Assembly (NCBI GenBank): GCA_964106915.2
Contig: OZ066917.1
DNA from: Podarcis gaigeae
Taxonomy: Eukaryota
DNA length: 64,000 nucleotides
Strand: one strand, 5' to 3'
A program made the position numbers and the translations under genes. This document shows, piece after piece, positions 38,331 through 52,100 of the stretch (positions are counted from its first letter, which is position 1; each line of letters opens with the position of its first letter). Below the pieces are notes generated by a model. The model had not been told where the DNA came from. It saw only the letters and a list, made by a program, of their open reading frames with translations, and did not search any database.

Positions 38331-39011
38331 CTAATCAACATCTGGAGAGCCACAGGTTTTCAATCTCTGTGCTAGAGCAAAAGGGAACTTTAATCTACTT
38401 TAATTGCACAACCCTTAATTTCTGGTATGTGCTTTAAACTGAGATGAACAAATTTTTAGCAGAATTCTTTATATGTCTACTGAATATTGAATTCAATGGG
38501 CTTACTCCTGGATAATCATAAGATATAGTACTGCAGCCTAAATATTTACACATTTTACTACCTATAATATAAAGAATTGATATACATGATGACTTTATTT
38601 CCTCTCAATATCCTTTGGCATGTTCGTTTTTTAAAAAAGAAAAGAAAATATTGGCAGTCCAACTCTTTCTCATTGCGTACATGAAAAATCTTTGCAATTT
38701 CACAGTACATTGGTTTCTGCTTTGTTATCTAAATCATAATTAGAAAATAGCAATTATCAAACAAGCTGGGCCATTGTAAACCAAAAATGTAGATCAGCAG
38801 TAATATTTAAATTCTCAATGCCCAGTTAAATGTTTACATGCTTAGGCTGCAGCAAATATGTGTTATCTGAAGTTGCTGGATGCGGAATGGATTATACCGA
38901 TACCTAGATGCTACCAAGAGCTAATGAAAAGGGGAACAACTATATGAAGGGTTTTCTTTTTTTCTTTTTAAACAAGCATTGTGATACGTCTGGAGTCTGG
39001 ACCCACCAGAA

Positions 39012-39165
39012 TATCAGAGCCCTGCTGGATTGGACCAATCTAATGCAGCATCCTGTTCTCACAGTGGCCAACCAGATGCCTATGGGAAGCCTGTAAGCAG
39101 GACATGACTGCAACAGTGCTCTTCCCAATGTGCTCTTCAGCAAGTGGTATTCAGAGGTGTCATGA
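39012..39165 (-). mobile_element. CR1-type 3'-end remnant
   Basis: AGAGCCCTGCTGGAT...CAGCATCCTGTTCTCACAGTGGCCAACCAGATGCC. Confidence 0.6.
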
Positions 39166-40963
39166 CACTGACTTTCAACAGTGGGGTCATAGGTGAGAAG
39201 GAATGGGTTCCTTCCCCAGCGATGACTCCCCTAAACTGCCTCCCCTCCAGAGCCTTGGAAAAGTATTCTATTGTACAAGGCTTCTTTCAATGCTAACTGT
39301 GGAATGGGAAGTGTTTTCAGTGGCAGGATCAGTGATTGGGAAGGGAGAGTTAACCCTGTCCAGATGGGACCAACCTTAAAACCACTCGATGCATCACAAT
39401 TAGCCTTGAAAATATCCTTCTATTGGCTGCAGTGGGTGACTTTTTTCAAGTGCAAGGAAAATCTTCTCAGGAACACTTGCCTTGCACAAGTGCAAGTCGA
39501 TGATCTATATTGTGAAACAGATCCAAGTCCCACTGATTTCATCAAAAAAACCTTGAGCCTAACTCTTTCCATTTGAAATTAGTAGGGCTTACAAGTACTT
39601 AGCTTTGGGTGCCCAAGGTGTTCTGCTTCACATGTTAGACAGTCACTAGCCTTCTGGATTCTCCCTTGACAGCAAAGGCAATTGCTGCTTCTTGTCTTCT
39701 GATGAAGGAAACAGGCCCCATTGTCCAATGCTGGGAGCAGGAGAATACATGATGTGAAATAAGTTTCTACTCATGGCTTTCTACTGTTAAGCATATAAAG
39801 GAGTGTGAAGGAGGGCATATCCGGGGGTGTGCAAGCTGTGCATTACTGAACTAATGATCAGCACAATTACTGCCTTGAACAGCACTGCTAGGATGAGGGA
39901 CTCTTCCTCCATTCATCCACTCAGCAGGGAAGGATCTTTGAACAGCCTTCTTCTGCTCTTCAGCATCTCTGAACTGCATTCCACAGTCTCCACTGGAAAA
40001 CTTGTAGATGATTACCCACCTGATCACACAGATCCCATTTAGCTAAGACCCAATAGGACCTGGTATTGTACTTAGTTTAATGGTGAATCTGGGCCATGCA
40101 TTGCCTGTTTTAACCCATAGCACACCAAGTCATGTATTTATATAAGTTTCAGTTTTTGCCCTCATAGTTAATGTGAAAAGCTTGAAAATAAGCCCTGTGT
40201 ATGGCTTAATGATGGTTATAGTTGGGAATTAAACAATTCGACATATACTGTGTTAAACTGTCATAATTTGCAGGCTATTCCCAGGATTTGGGAGTTCACA
40301 GGCATTTAACTCAAATGCATTTTGTCCTCCTAGCCTCAGGGCAGCCCGTTTTTAATTGCATGATGAACATGTGGTTATCATTACCTGGGAATGGGTCAGC
40401 TTTCATAGAAAGATTAACTTGGGTGAACTTAATCTGGAAACTTTCAGGTGCAGACTGTCTGATATTTATGTCACAGAGGCTTTTCAGATATGATATAAAA
40501 CAGTGACAATTTTAACTCCTGCGAAGAATGATGAACGTGCCCCCAAAGATTCAGTTTTAATCTCCATAGATGAAGGAGCCCATATGGTTTGCAGTGAAGA
40601 ATAAAAAAGAAAACAAAAACCAAAGCAAAAACCCAACCCTCTGGAGGGGGCAGAAGAAACTAAAATTGCTGAATAACGAGAGTACTGTTTCATCATAAGA
40701 CCTGGGTGACATTGATTTGATGCACCCAAGTGACATCTGAAACATTTAGATAAGAGATCTGCCCTATTTTAATAATCATAGTAGTTACACAGATTTGTTC
40801 TGACAAAGAGTTGCATGGATGTAGAAAATAAAATAAATAAAACCAGATAACGGAATGTGATAAAGAAGAGTCCACTACCCAAATGGCCTTACTGTTGGAA
40901 CACAGCAAATCACTTCAGTTCATCAAACTTTGACATTAAAGAGATGCCACTAAACTTGCTTAT

Positions 40964-41104
40964 GAGGGTTCCCATATGTCCTCTTTTTCCAGGACTTCTT
41001 TTTCTTCTTTTTCATGGGTACAGTCGTCATCACGATCCATAGCTAAAAGTAGAAGTCAGCAAATGTGTTCTCATTTTTTTGCTCTTAAAAATATGGCAGC
41101 CCTA
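40964..41104. mobile_element. Decayed hAT-like MITE
   Basis: GAGGGTTCCCATAT ... ATATGGCAGCCCTA imperfect TIRs; no TSD recovered. Confidence 0.5.
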
Positions 41105-43051
41105 TCAGGCATAACAACTTAACCCTTGTTAAGGGTTAAGGGTTTTGACACCATTAAATTCAGGGATGGATCCAGGGTGGGGTGGGTGGCCTCTAGAGCA
41201 GCATGGTGCAAATCAGCCTGATCTGAAGGTCGCAAACTGGAGCTACACTCCAGTTGTCACTTTGTGACAACTTTGGCAGGGGGAGACACTGAGCAAGAGA
41301 GATATCTTGTGTGAGGACTCCCATACATACCATTGTCCCAAGGAATCTGGGAATAAGTCAGATCTTGAAAAGCATGTAGACCTGAAAGAGGAAGTGGGAA
41401 AGAGTGTAACTCTTCAAATTTCCTCTTTAGCTCTTTTCAAGGCATAAACACTTAACCACCCTCACTACCCCATTATCAAAGGAACAGCGAGCGGATTTTC
41501 ATGGGCACCAGGAAATATCTCAAAGGTGTCATTGTAATCACAGACACAAAGCTGCAGCACATAGTTTGGCTCTCAGACAGAATAAAGTTATATCACTTCC
41601 ACCTAAGGAATGGGAGGATGCTCTACATTTTGAGCATCCGGTGCTGAGGCTTAAAAAAAAAAATACACGAAGGAGGAAGAGGAAGTAGCAGCAGACAGGC
41701 AGCTGAGTGGGAGGGAGAGCAAGATTAATACAATGAATTATTCAGTTCACTGGTATACTAGAGACAGATATTTAATATAAAAACAGAGCTTCGAGCTCTG
41801 AGTTTCTTCAACCATCATAAAAACATGGTATGTTTACTGGGGTGGGGAGGCAGGCAGAAGGAGCGAAATTCATATTCACTCCTATAAAACATCTAAAAAG
41901 ATGGCCCTAAAGTCCTGAGAGCAATTCCAGTGCATTGAAAATGAATGAATAGATGTAAATCTGACACTGTTTATGCAGGCCTTGAACAGGGTGGCACTTA
42001 AGATTCTTTAGCATCAGGCGAATGCTGTTGAAAAGTCTTGTACGTGTGCCAGTTCTATCAAATGGGGGAAAGAATTTGGAAGTGCCAAAGCACGTTCTAA
42101 ATTGAATATGCCGCCTCTGATCTTAAGTACATTTTGCAAGCACTAGAGGTTGTTATAGGAAGCTGATTGCAGTTCTGCAAAAGAGAAATTAAGCCATATT
42201 ATGTGTTTTGATTGGCCTTTCACCAAGCCGGGCTGCATAGCAAGGACTTCTAAAAGGATTTGCTTTGTGAGGTACTGAGAGGCAAGATATGGAAAGCTAA
42301 TGCTATCTACCCTCTCTAGCAAACACTGTGTGTTCCTGGGCCTGTGGGATTTTCAGCTGGTGGAGATGGCATTCAGAAAACTTTCAAAGGCACTAGCAAT
42401 TCCTGTGCTTCTCGGCAGAATCTTCTTCACACATCTCTGAAAATCTGGGACGTGCAGTCTTTAACATTTCTGAATGCATTTTCATCCCTGAGACTGAGAA
42501 ACTGTCAGCGTTAAGTATGCCTGGGGGAGTTCGTGAACATTGGCACCTTGTTCATTATTTTCACTGTAAAATAATTAGCTGACCTGAGCAAATTTATGTA
42601 GACAACTTTTCTATTTATATGACCTGCCAGTTTCCTGTGCTTGTGGGGGTTGGTTTTTTTTAACCACCAGTTGAGCATAATGACCCATGAGAGGCCACAT
42701 TATGATTCTCCTCTAAGCCCAGATCCAATCCTTTCCTCAATGGATTGAAGGGAAGAGTCTTCTTCAGAATGTGAGATGTCAAAACTGTGCATGGAGTAGC
42801 AGTTAAATCATTTGTCCCCCATGCAAATGTTGCCCTTTTATACACATTTCAACAGTAGAAACAGTAGAATGGACCAGCTCTATCATGAGGTAGAATGAAC
42901 CAACTACTTCAGGTACCCATTGTCAACTGGTTGGGGAAACACCAGGAGCCCTTCCCATGACCCACCACACTGACCATTCACATCCTCCTAAGGCAGAGCA
43001 GTGAGCAAGCGGACTGAGCTGTGATTGCCATTTGACCTGAGTAATGGTCTG

Positions 43052-43474
43052 TGTCATAGGCAACAGCAGTCCAGACCTGACATGCCAGGACCAGGGTATG
43101 GATGGTAATAATGGTAGCAGTTCAATGGAGGACGGAAACTCAGTGGAACACAGGAACAGAAACTGGAACAGGAGAAGGAACTGGAGCAAAGACAGGAGTG
43201 TGGAAGCAGGATCAGGAACTGGATCAGGATCAGGTATTGGATCAACATCAGGAGCTAAAACAGGAACTGGCAACAGCAGGGTATAAACCATGTTGTTGGC
43301 TAGAACCAGGGGCACAATGCTGGCCTTATATCTGGGGTTTGCCTTCAGGTGCTGCACATCTCCTGATCTGGCCACACCTGACTCCCGCAAGACAAACACA
43401 GCAAGGGCTTGGTTCTGCAATGCTTCACTGTGCTCAGGGCCTGGCCACTGCAAATACTCATGGCACTCCTTACA
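43052..43474 (-). mobile_element. Probable old Gypsy-type solo LTR
   Basis: Minus strand TGTAAGG...TATGACA; TATAAG box near 43325-43330 (-); CAGGA(A/T)C-type short repeats; flanks GTCTG/ACCTG match only 3 of 5, so the left boundary is uncertain. Confidence 0.45.
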
Positions 43475-46400
43475 ACCTGTCCAGTACCCAGTTATCTACC
43501 TTCAGGTGTGATGAAGGATGCTGTCCTTTTGCCAGTGTTGAAGTATGTTTCAAGCTGCGGTCTGGTTGCCTTCTCTTTGTTGAGTAGGAGTGCCACCTTG
43601 TTCTTCCGCTGTCTATGCCCTTCCTTGATTGGCTAAAATGAAAGGGAAGTTGGATCAGATTACCTTCAAGGTCTTGTCCAACTCTGTTATTCTATATGGG
43701 GTGAGAAGTGAGGGAGATTTATTGCACAAATGGAAATCCTTGCTTTGACTAAAACAAGTTAGTGGGATGCCGCTTGCATAGCAAAATTGCATCGCAAAAT
43801 CCAGTGGAGTATGTAATCTGCCTGGGAGCTTTTCCAATTCACAAGCAAGTTGGGGAGCATTGAGTTAGGTTCATGCACCGCAGAAACTGAACTAAATGAA
43901 TACTTTCCTGATGCTTAGTAAGACTGGTGACTGAATGGAAACTTAACTGCATGTGCTAATAAAAAATGCTGGTTCTTTTATATTTATTTCTTTTCTTCAA
44001 CAAAGAGCAAGCATTCTGTTTTGTTAAATAGAAGTGATAGAACTTCAGGGAAAAGTATATGAATAAGATCCCCTCCACTCCAAAAAAAAAAAAAAAAAAA
44101 AAAGGGGCCTAAAAGAGAAGTTGATCAAATAAAACAGAATTAAAGAACAACTTTTTAAGATGAATGTGGGTGTTTTTGTCATTGATTAATGATAAAATTA
44201 ACTGTAAGGTGCTGAAAAAATAATAAATTTAAAATTCCTCTTCTGAGCCAGAGATATTTTCCCTTTCTTCTGTGGAGATTTAGATTTTGTAAGACTGAAG
44301 GGACTAACTTGTTCAAACCACTGACCACTGTAAAAAAAAAAAAAAAAACTTGAAATATGATCTCATCCTCAGAGTATTGCTTTTTACATCCCATTGTGAG
44401 CATATTTAATGGTCAGGACAACTTACACACCCCACTACACTCAGCATTTTCTGGGAAACTAGGCATTCCTCTCAATAGTGTTATAAAATTGTAAGTATTC
44501 ACATAATATGTTTTTAGAGATCTAACAGATCCACTAGTCTTTCATCTAGAACATCACCGACTGGTCTGCTATATTACCATTGCAATGTATAGGCCCAGAC
44601 TGGGTTGAGTATACCCCATATGAACAATTTATTTTCTGGATCAGGTCTGAATAGTATTCTGGGATAAATGCTAATATTAATGTCTGAAAAATAAGCTGAG
44701 TCCATTCCAAAGGAAATCATTGTGATCTGCAAATTCTTCATGCATCCCCACTTGTAGAGGCCAGAGAGAAGGAGCCTTCATTTCACAGGCTTCTGTGAGG
44801 CCATTTTGAAGTTCATCAAAACTCAGTAATTGATCTTGTGAACATAACACCCTTTCAGCCATGAGAGGAGAGTTAGAAGAGCATGTTACTCTGCTCATGG
44901 TTCTTCAGTCCTGTGGTCCAGCTTCTGGGTTTAAAATTAGTTTAAAAGTCTATTCAGCTGTGAAGACATCTGTACCATTTACAGAGGCATCTGTAGTATG
45001 TTAGGTTACATCACACAAGCATTTAGACACCATCTCTACATCTTATGGCAAACAGCACCTCTCTTGACAGTATGTAGAAAAGATGTTAAGGCAATATGAT
45101 TAATGATAGTAGTTCGCTTCCAATTTTAGGTACATTCCCCAAGTGGAGGAAGGTGAAAGCAGCATCCTCCATCACCAAGTTAAATGATTGGCCGGAAGCT
45201 ACCGCCTCATCCACCAAAGAGCACTTCCTCCCTTGTGAGGATGTGTCAGAAGCATTGTTATGTGTAAGACCCTGAAAACATAACATACAATGAATTATGG
45301 AAGGGACTAAATACACATTATGTGCAAATGTGCCTATTAGAGCCCTAACGCTGGGTGGTTTGACTTTCCTTGTTTTGTTCAAGAAAAGTAGCTTTAGGAA
45401 AGGAGTGTGATTGAGAATGGAGTTGAAAAGACTCTTGGGGACAATTTAGAGTGGCAAAATGATAGGCAGGGAAAAGGTTAAGCCACTCCCTACTGCTGTG
45501 CTCTCAATTGCCTACTTCCAATGAAGTCTTTCTTTTAAAAACCATGCACACACACATCCAAAGAAAAACTCAACATCACAGCTATAATGCAAACATCTGC
45601 ATGTAGCTACCCCTGCCCTATGGGGCTATATTTATCATATTTTAGTGTAGGCTGCAGCAGTTTTAAAATACAAATTGAAAACAGTGAAAACTGAATGTTA
45701 CATACCTTAACCTTTTCAAATAGAGTTATCTTCTTTGTGGAATGACTGGGTGCAGAAGAGTTATTAGTGGGGCAAGGGGAAGCAATATTGTTCTAATCTA
45801 ATTAATTAGAGTGCATCATCATAATGAAGAGTTAATTCCATGAATATAATTAGGCATTTCAGAACACAGGAAGTGAGGAAGGCAACAGATATAAGTAACT
45901 AATTAGATGGCACTTCAGTCTTAAACATTTTGGCTGATAAATCTGTCAGCAACACTAGTGCAATGCCGGGGTTTATGAAGTTGCCTTGGAGAGGCTGCAG
46001 CAAGACTCGTTGTCAGTACCTTTTTGCTGATAAAACAGGGCTTAAGATCAGGTGTGGAATTACATGAAAATGTGAGATCACACTATTTGTTGCTGACTGT
46101 GTCTGCTGACCTACTTTAGACGCTCAAAATAGATGTTATAGAAGACATGCACTTGCGCACGACTCCTTAAGAAGCCCTTCATGCAATATACATTGTGCAC
46201 CCCCTCCTGCCACCACCCTAGCAGCAGCCAAACATGAGAAACAGAGTCGGGAAATGGTTTGCATGGCACATCCAACATCCAGGTGATCTAAATCAGGACA
46301 CTCGTTTTTATGGTCCCAAGGTCTTGTGGTAGCCAGCTAACTAATGCCGGAGCACAAGACTAAAAGCAAGTGCTTTTTGGTCTGTTGCGAGCCAGCTGAC

Positions 46401-47840
46401 TTGTACCAGAGCGTGGAACCAAAAAAAGGGACATTCCAGGATCAAATCAGAACCTGGGAATGGCTTCTGTAATTCTAGGGTGTCTTACTTAAATTGGACA
46501 GTTGAGTGGTATATATGGCAAGAGCATGTCGCAATCCTCACCTGCTAGATGTGATAGAAAGAGAAGAGGGCAGTAGAGGTATGTTGCTGATTTTGGCGAG
46601 GAACTCCACTTTCCCCATAATGGCCTGCTTTCCACAACATGGTTAAGTCCAGCTATGGATTTCATGCTTTCAGCCAGTTTGCTCCTTCCTGGTCTTTCTT
46701 AGTTGTGTGCCACACTGAACCAAGGTTTGGTTTGTGTGTCATCTGAACCCAGGATCACAACTCATGTTTTTCCTTGCTAAGCATGACCTACTATATCAAC
46801 CCACACATTTCCTTCTCCCAAAGCCACAAACTGAATGAGGAATGTACCAGGCTGTGTCTATGCTGAACCCCATTGTGTTCCAAAACTAAGTAAACTAGAT
46901 AGAGGAACAGCCATTGATACAACAGTTTGGCTACTTGATATACAGTACAACTCAGTGACACAGAAGGCCTTGCTTCACTACTATCTTCTGCAGAGAAACA
47001 TGCATTGTAAACTTATGACATGGTAAGAGGATTAATCTCTGAAAGCTAAGAAAATATAGTGCTCTGAATATATTTTCATGCTTCTACAGCAGCCACACTC
47101 TACACTCCATATTTTGTTGGCAAGAGCCATGATGAATCAAACAGTGCTGGATATTTGTATTAATATCTGTTTACACCTTTCAAGAGGTGTAAATCAATGA
47201 TGGCAAAATCAATCACGATGGTAATTTTCTGCTTAGATATGAGAACATTCCCTCAATTGAGTTCTGTATCTGTTTTGAAAGGCCAACCTGAACGTCTGCT
47301 AATTTTCCATTTGTTAACAGCATTCATGGCTCTGACTTGAATACATATATTTTACTGCACACCGAACAAGCCATTGCATTAATGTGCACTAAAAGTCATA
47401 GCTGTAACAAAACAGCACACATATTAACATAAATCAAGGCAACATTGCTCCTGGTGGTCTTACAACATCATTTTCAGCATAAACACAATGCACGCATACA
47501 ACTTTGGTTGGCCAATGTTGGATCAACAATTTCTACACATTAAAAGGCAGAGCTTAGTTGTTCCCAAAGAGGGGAAAAGATAATTATTTTCCAAGGGTCT
47601 ATGGGTCTACACTTGTGTGCGTGCAGGTGGTCTCTTCTCTGTGCAGCAGAAGCCTCACATTACTTATGATGTCATGTGCTTATAGAATTATAAAGTCTTA
47701 GACTGCATTTTCAGTCTGGAATGGTACATGAAAGAAGCCTTACACGTCCAAAGGGCTTAATATTTGCTGGCACTGAAAAAGGAAAAGGAAGGCAGCCTAG
47801 TCCAGAGCATAACATTAAGGCTGGGATACAAAACCCTATA

Positions 47841-48196
47841 GGGACGCGGGTGGCGCTGTGGTCTAAACCACTGAGAGACTAGGGCTTGCTGATCAAGAGG
47901 GTCGGTGGTTCAAATCCCCATGACGGAGTGAGCTCCCGTTGTTCAGTCCCAGCTCCTGCCCACCTAGCAGTTTGAAATCACATCAAAGTGCAAGTAGATA
48001 AATAGGTACCGCTCTGGTGAGAAGGTAAACGGTGTTTCCGTGCACTGCTCTGGTTCGCCAGAAGTGGATTAGTCATGCTGGCCGCATGACCCGGAAAAAC
48101 TGCGGACAAACGCTGCCTCCCTCGGCCAATAAAGCGAGATGAGTGCCGCAACCCCAGAGTCATTTGCAACTGTAAGGGATCCTATACCTTTTTTTT
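47841..48196 (+). mobile_element. Full-length Sauria-type SINE
   Basis: 14-bp TSD TACAAAACCCTATA at 47827-47840 and 48197-48210; canonical head. Confidence 0.92.
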
Positions 48197-48533
48197 TACA
48201 AAACCCTATATGCAGTGTTTCACCTGACTTTATGTTCCATTGGCATATGAACTGTTCCTTTTTAAAAAGCACTTCCCTCTCTCTAAAAGACCTGGGACTC
48301 TGTGGAGCACAAATAACCAAGAGGACAAATCAGCCACATCCCACCCTGTGTCTTCACGATATTGCATTTTATGATTCTAGATCCCAAGCAACATCCCAGT
48401 ATTTGTGTAGAAGAAACCCAAACTCATTTATGTTGGCTAATACATTTCTGCAAATGAAAAATAGCAAGTAAGAAGTTTTAAGCCATCTCCCACCACCTGC
48501 ACAGAAATAATGGGAAAGCCATATTCAGAAGAA

Positions 48534-48775
48534 CAGTGGTACCTCGGGTTAAGTACTTAATTCTTTCAGGAGGTCTGTTCTTAACTTGAAACTGTTCTTA
48601 ACCTGATGCACTACTTTAGCTAATGGGGCATCCTGCTGCTGCCACGCCACCTGAGCCCGATTTCTGTTCTCATCCTGAAGCAAAGTTCTTAACCTGAAGC
48701 ACTATTTCTGGGTTAGCAGAGTGTGTAACCTGAAGCGTATGTAACCTGAAGCGTATGTAACCCGAGGTACCACTG
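48534..48775 (-). mobile_element. Tc1/mariner-type MITE, inverted copy of the 22547 family
   Basis: Same 242-bp length and TIRs; flanked by AA on both sides. Confidence 0.9.
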
Positions 48776-48830
48776 AAATTGTAATAGATTTGGTTAACAA
48801 CTGAGCAGCTTTACATGTACTTTAACCATA

Positions 48831-49189
48831 AAGGTAAAGGTACCCCTGCCCGTACGGGCCAGTCGTGTCCGACTCTAGGGTTGTGCGCCCATCTCACTTA
48901 AGAGGCCGGGGGCCAGCGCTGTCCGGAGACACTTCCGGGTCACGTGGCCAGTGTGAGGAAGCTGCTCTGGCGAGCCGGCACCAGCGCAGCACACGGAAGC
49001 ACCGTTTACCTTCCCGCTGGAGCAGTACCTATTTATCTACTTGCACTTAGGGGTGCTTCCGAACTGCTAGGTGGGCAGGAGCTGGGACCGAAAGACAGGA
49101 GCTCACCCCGCTGCAGGGATTCGAACCACGACCATGCGATTGGCAAGCCCTAGGCGCTGAGGTTTTACCCACAGCGCCACTCGCGTCCC
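48831..49189 (-). mobile_element. Full-length Sauria-type SINE
   Basis: 13-bp TSD TACTTTAACCATA at 48818-48830 and 49190-49202; AAGGTAAAGG tail. Confidence 0.92.
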
Positions 49190-52100
49190 TACTTTAACCA
49201 TAGCCATCCATAAATAACCAAATTAATGTAAATCCTAATGTTCAACTTAAAAGCGTTGTGTACTGAATCTCAACAACCTTTCTAGATGGGCAGTTCTTAC
49301 TGATTTGTCATAGGAAATCCAGATGTCTCTCCTCAAAGCAGTGTGTCTGCTCTAAGGATGTTTCCTTCTTCCCCATCATGCCAGCAGAACATTATTTTGC
49401 TCCTAGGATAATGCAGTGTATGCCACAGCTAGTGCATTCATTGTGGGTTGTATCCAAAGCAGTGAGGTGTGAACATTCTTTCAGCGCAATGATTTCTGCA
49501 GTGGGATGTTTTCCTTTTCTCCTCCCCGTGTGCACCCCTCAATCTGTCCTAGGATTTCCTCCAACCCCGGGAAGCAGATTTGGGGAGGGTGTGGCATGCA
49601 CATTACCATTACATCACCCATCTTTCTGTGTCAGCCAAAACCATTTCTCTTCAGCCTGGAACTCAGTTAGTTTTGCCACGGGCTGGTGACAATAAGTGTG
49701 TGGTAACACAGACAGGCTTTTTCGTGGGTGGCACCAGTGTTGTGGAACGCTCTCTATTGGACTATAAGAGGTCTCATTGGTACTGGGATTTCACTAGCTC
49801 TTGTTTAGACCAGCTTTCCCCTGATCTCCTGACCTGGACCTCCTGTTTTAATGGCTATTTTAACTGCTTTAATAGTACCATTTTAATTGACTTTTTATTG
49901 CACATTTTTATTGTGGATGTTTATTTTAATGTTTGATGGAACTATTTTATTAAGCATTTTAATCATCTTTGTTTACACCTGTAACCTGCTTGGAAGCCAC
50001 TTGGGAAACTGAGTGGTATGGAAATATAATAACAATAGTACATGGCAGCAGAGAGGAAGATTTTATTGGATACCTACGGTTGCTACCCACAATACACATT
50101 GCAGACTTATCCAATGCATCCAGAAGGATCTACTTGGGGTGGGGGGAAATGATGGGTTCTTTAGTGGTTGTCCTACCCTTGTACCACTCAGTCTGAAGTG
50201 ACTTCAAGACTATTCACCTGCAGGACCAGAATTCCAAACCCATACCAAAGAACCAAACCTTGCAATCACTTCTGAACTATTATCTGCTTACCCAACACAG
50301 TTAGGATCTGAATTGCATCACCTGCAAGCAATGCCCTACCTCTCTTTTCACAGGTCAAACAAATCATCAAGATTCCATAGCCTCTATGTGTTCCCTTGCT
50401 AATGTAACAATATATATAGCAGTGAGGGCTGCTGACAGCCCCTGGTTTTGGCAGAAGTTCCAGTCAGGTTCCAAAAATGCTGAGCCAAGTGCTTATGATC
50501 CCATCTTTCCGCTTTCGCTGCTCATTTTCATGCTGAAACCCTCAAGCACACTTAGGTCTGTATCTGTTGACTTACTGTCAACTGGAGCTGCAGCATTATT
50601 TGGGCAGGGGCTTTCTCACAAAGCTACCCAACAGACCCAAATTTGAAAAAGCTTTTTTTTTTTCAGGTGTGGATGAAGACATGACCCTTCATCTCCACCT
50701 CCCACTGTTAGTTATATAGTCTAACCTTTTAGCCACTTTTTCCATGACCATGGAATGTGTACCTTGGGAAAGCAAATTCCAGGAGGGAGTATGCTGAAGA
50801 ACGTTCCTCTATCACCCTCGTTGCTTCACCCACTGATTTACAAGCTACTGATTTACAAGCTGTGAATGAATAGTAGCCTTCAACAACAGGAAGCTTGGTC
50901 ATTGAGAAACCTGATCTCTTCACATGGAGCCAGGAGACGAGCCCTGGTGCCTACAGGAAAATTCACTCCAGGAATCCCAGTAATCAGAGCTGTTAACCAG
51001 AAGGAAATGTCTTCAGTGCGCTTACATGGCGCTTAATCAGCTACTGACAGAGCACCTTTGATCAATGGGTTTTCAAAACGAGGTTAACTGCAGTTTACAA
51101 TATGTCCACATACATTTCACAGTCAATCCCAAATGTACACATTCAGAGAAATTATTCAGTCATGGATCTTTCCACTAGTTCCCCATTGATTTGCTGGTAT
51201 CTTAGAAAACTGACTGAAAGAGATAGCTATTCACATATGTTGGAGTACTCCCAATGGCTGCAATGGTACTGCACTTGGCAATTGGATCCCACTCACAGAA
51301 ATTAGTGATGGAGCTCTATATTTATATCCAGGAGAAGGAAATGTGTTAAAAATAATAATATTAATCCCTGACCTTATCTATTTAGAAAACGCTACTGGTA
51401 ATAAGTAAACAGCACCTACAAAGATTTGTTTTCCAAGTTGATTGTGTACAGATTCATATCACCAAGCCTGAGTTTGAAGATTTCTGCTGCACATATTACT
51501 GCCACTAATATTTTGATTTTAACAGTACCAATAGAAATCAAAACTAACCCAGACTATGTAAACTGATCTTAGGTCCCACTGAAATCAAGTTAGACATTAT
51601 TTAACACCTTACTTCCCAAAAGCTGAGTTGGTACAGTTTACCATAAAGGAGCCAAGAAGGGGCAAGGCAGAATGCAGAAGTTGTCACAGTACAAACATAA
51701 CGGCAGGAGTACTGGATTGGCCTCCATGGATTGTTTGCACTGCGCCAACCTTCCTCCATGAAACATATTTTCTGTGTAATATCTTTTGTCATTTGTCTCT
51801 AAGGTTGGCCATGCTGGGTCACCTGGACAAGTTCTTCCCTCAAGGAAAGTAAGGGAGTATATAGAAGGTGAAGTTTTGTATAGGCTGTCAAAGAAAGAAT
51901 TGATGCCTACGCACCTGGTGGTACAATAAAGCATGATGTTAACATGCGACTTGCTTTTCACAATGTCCAGTGATAAACCCTAAGACTGGGCTTCAGACAC
52001 GACCCTGCAAAAACACATGTTGCCTCTGCCCCACAGCCCTGGACCCTTATGAGACTTAGAAGTATTGCCTCTAACTAATGGCTGAATAGAGAATTAATGT

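Noticed and set aside
42923-43587. Overlapping 176-aa and 161-aa ORFs, and a possible fourth member of the LTR-ORF set
   Set aside because: The ORFs come from short CAGGA-type repeats; the frame from base 2 of the putative LTR (VRSAMSICSG..., 42 codons) has neither the acidic tract nor the shared motif
50834-50865. 15-bp tandem duplication ACTGATTTACAAGCT (similar 12-bp cases near 1955 and 5514)
   Set aside because: Ordinary slippage or repair duplications with no further structure
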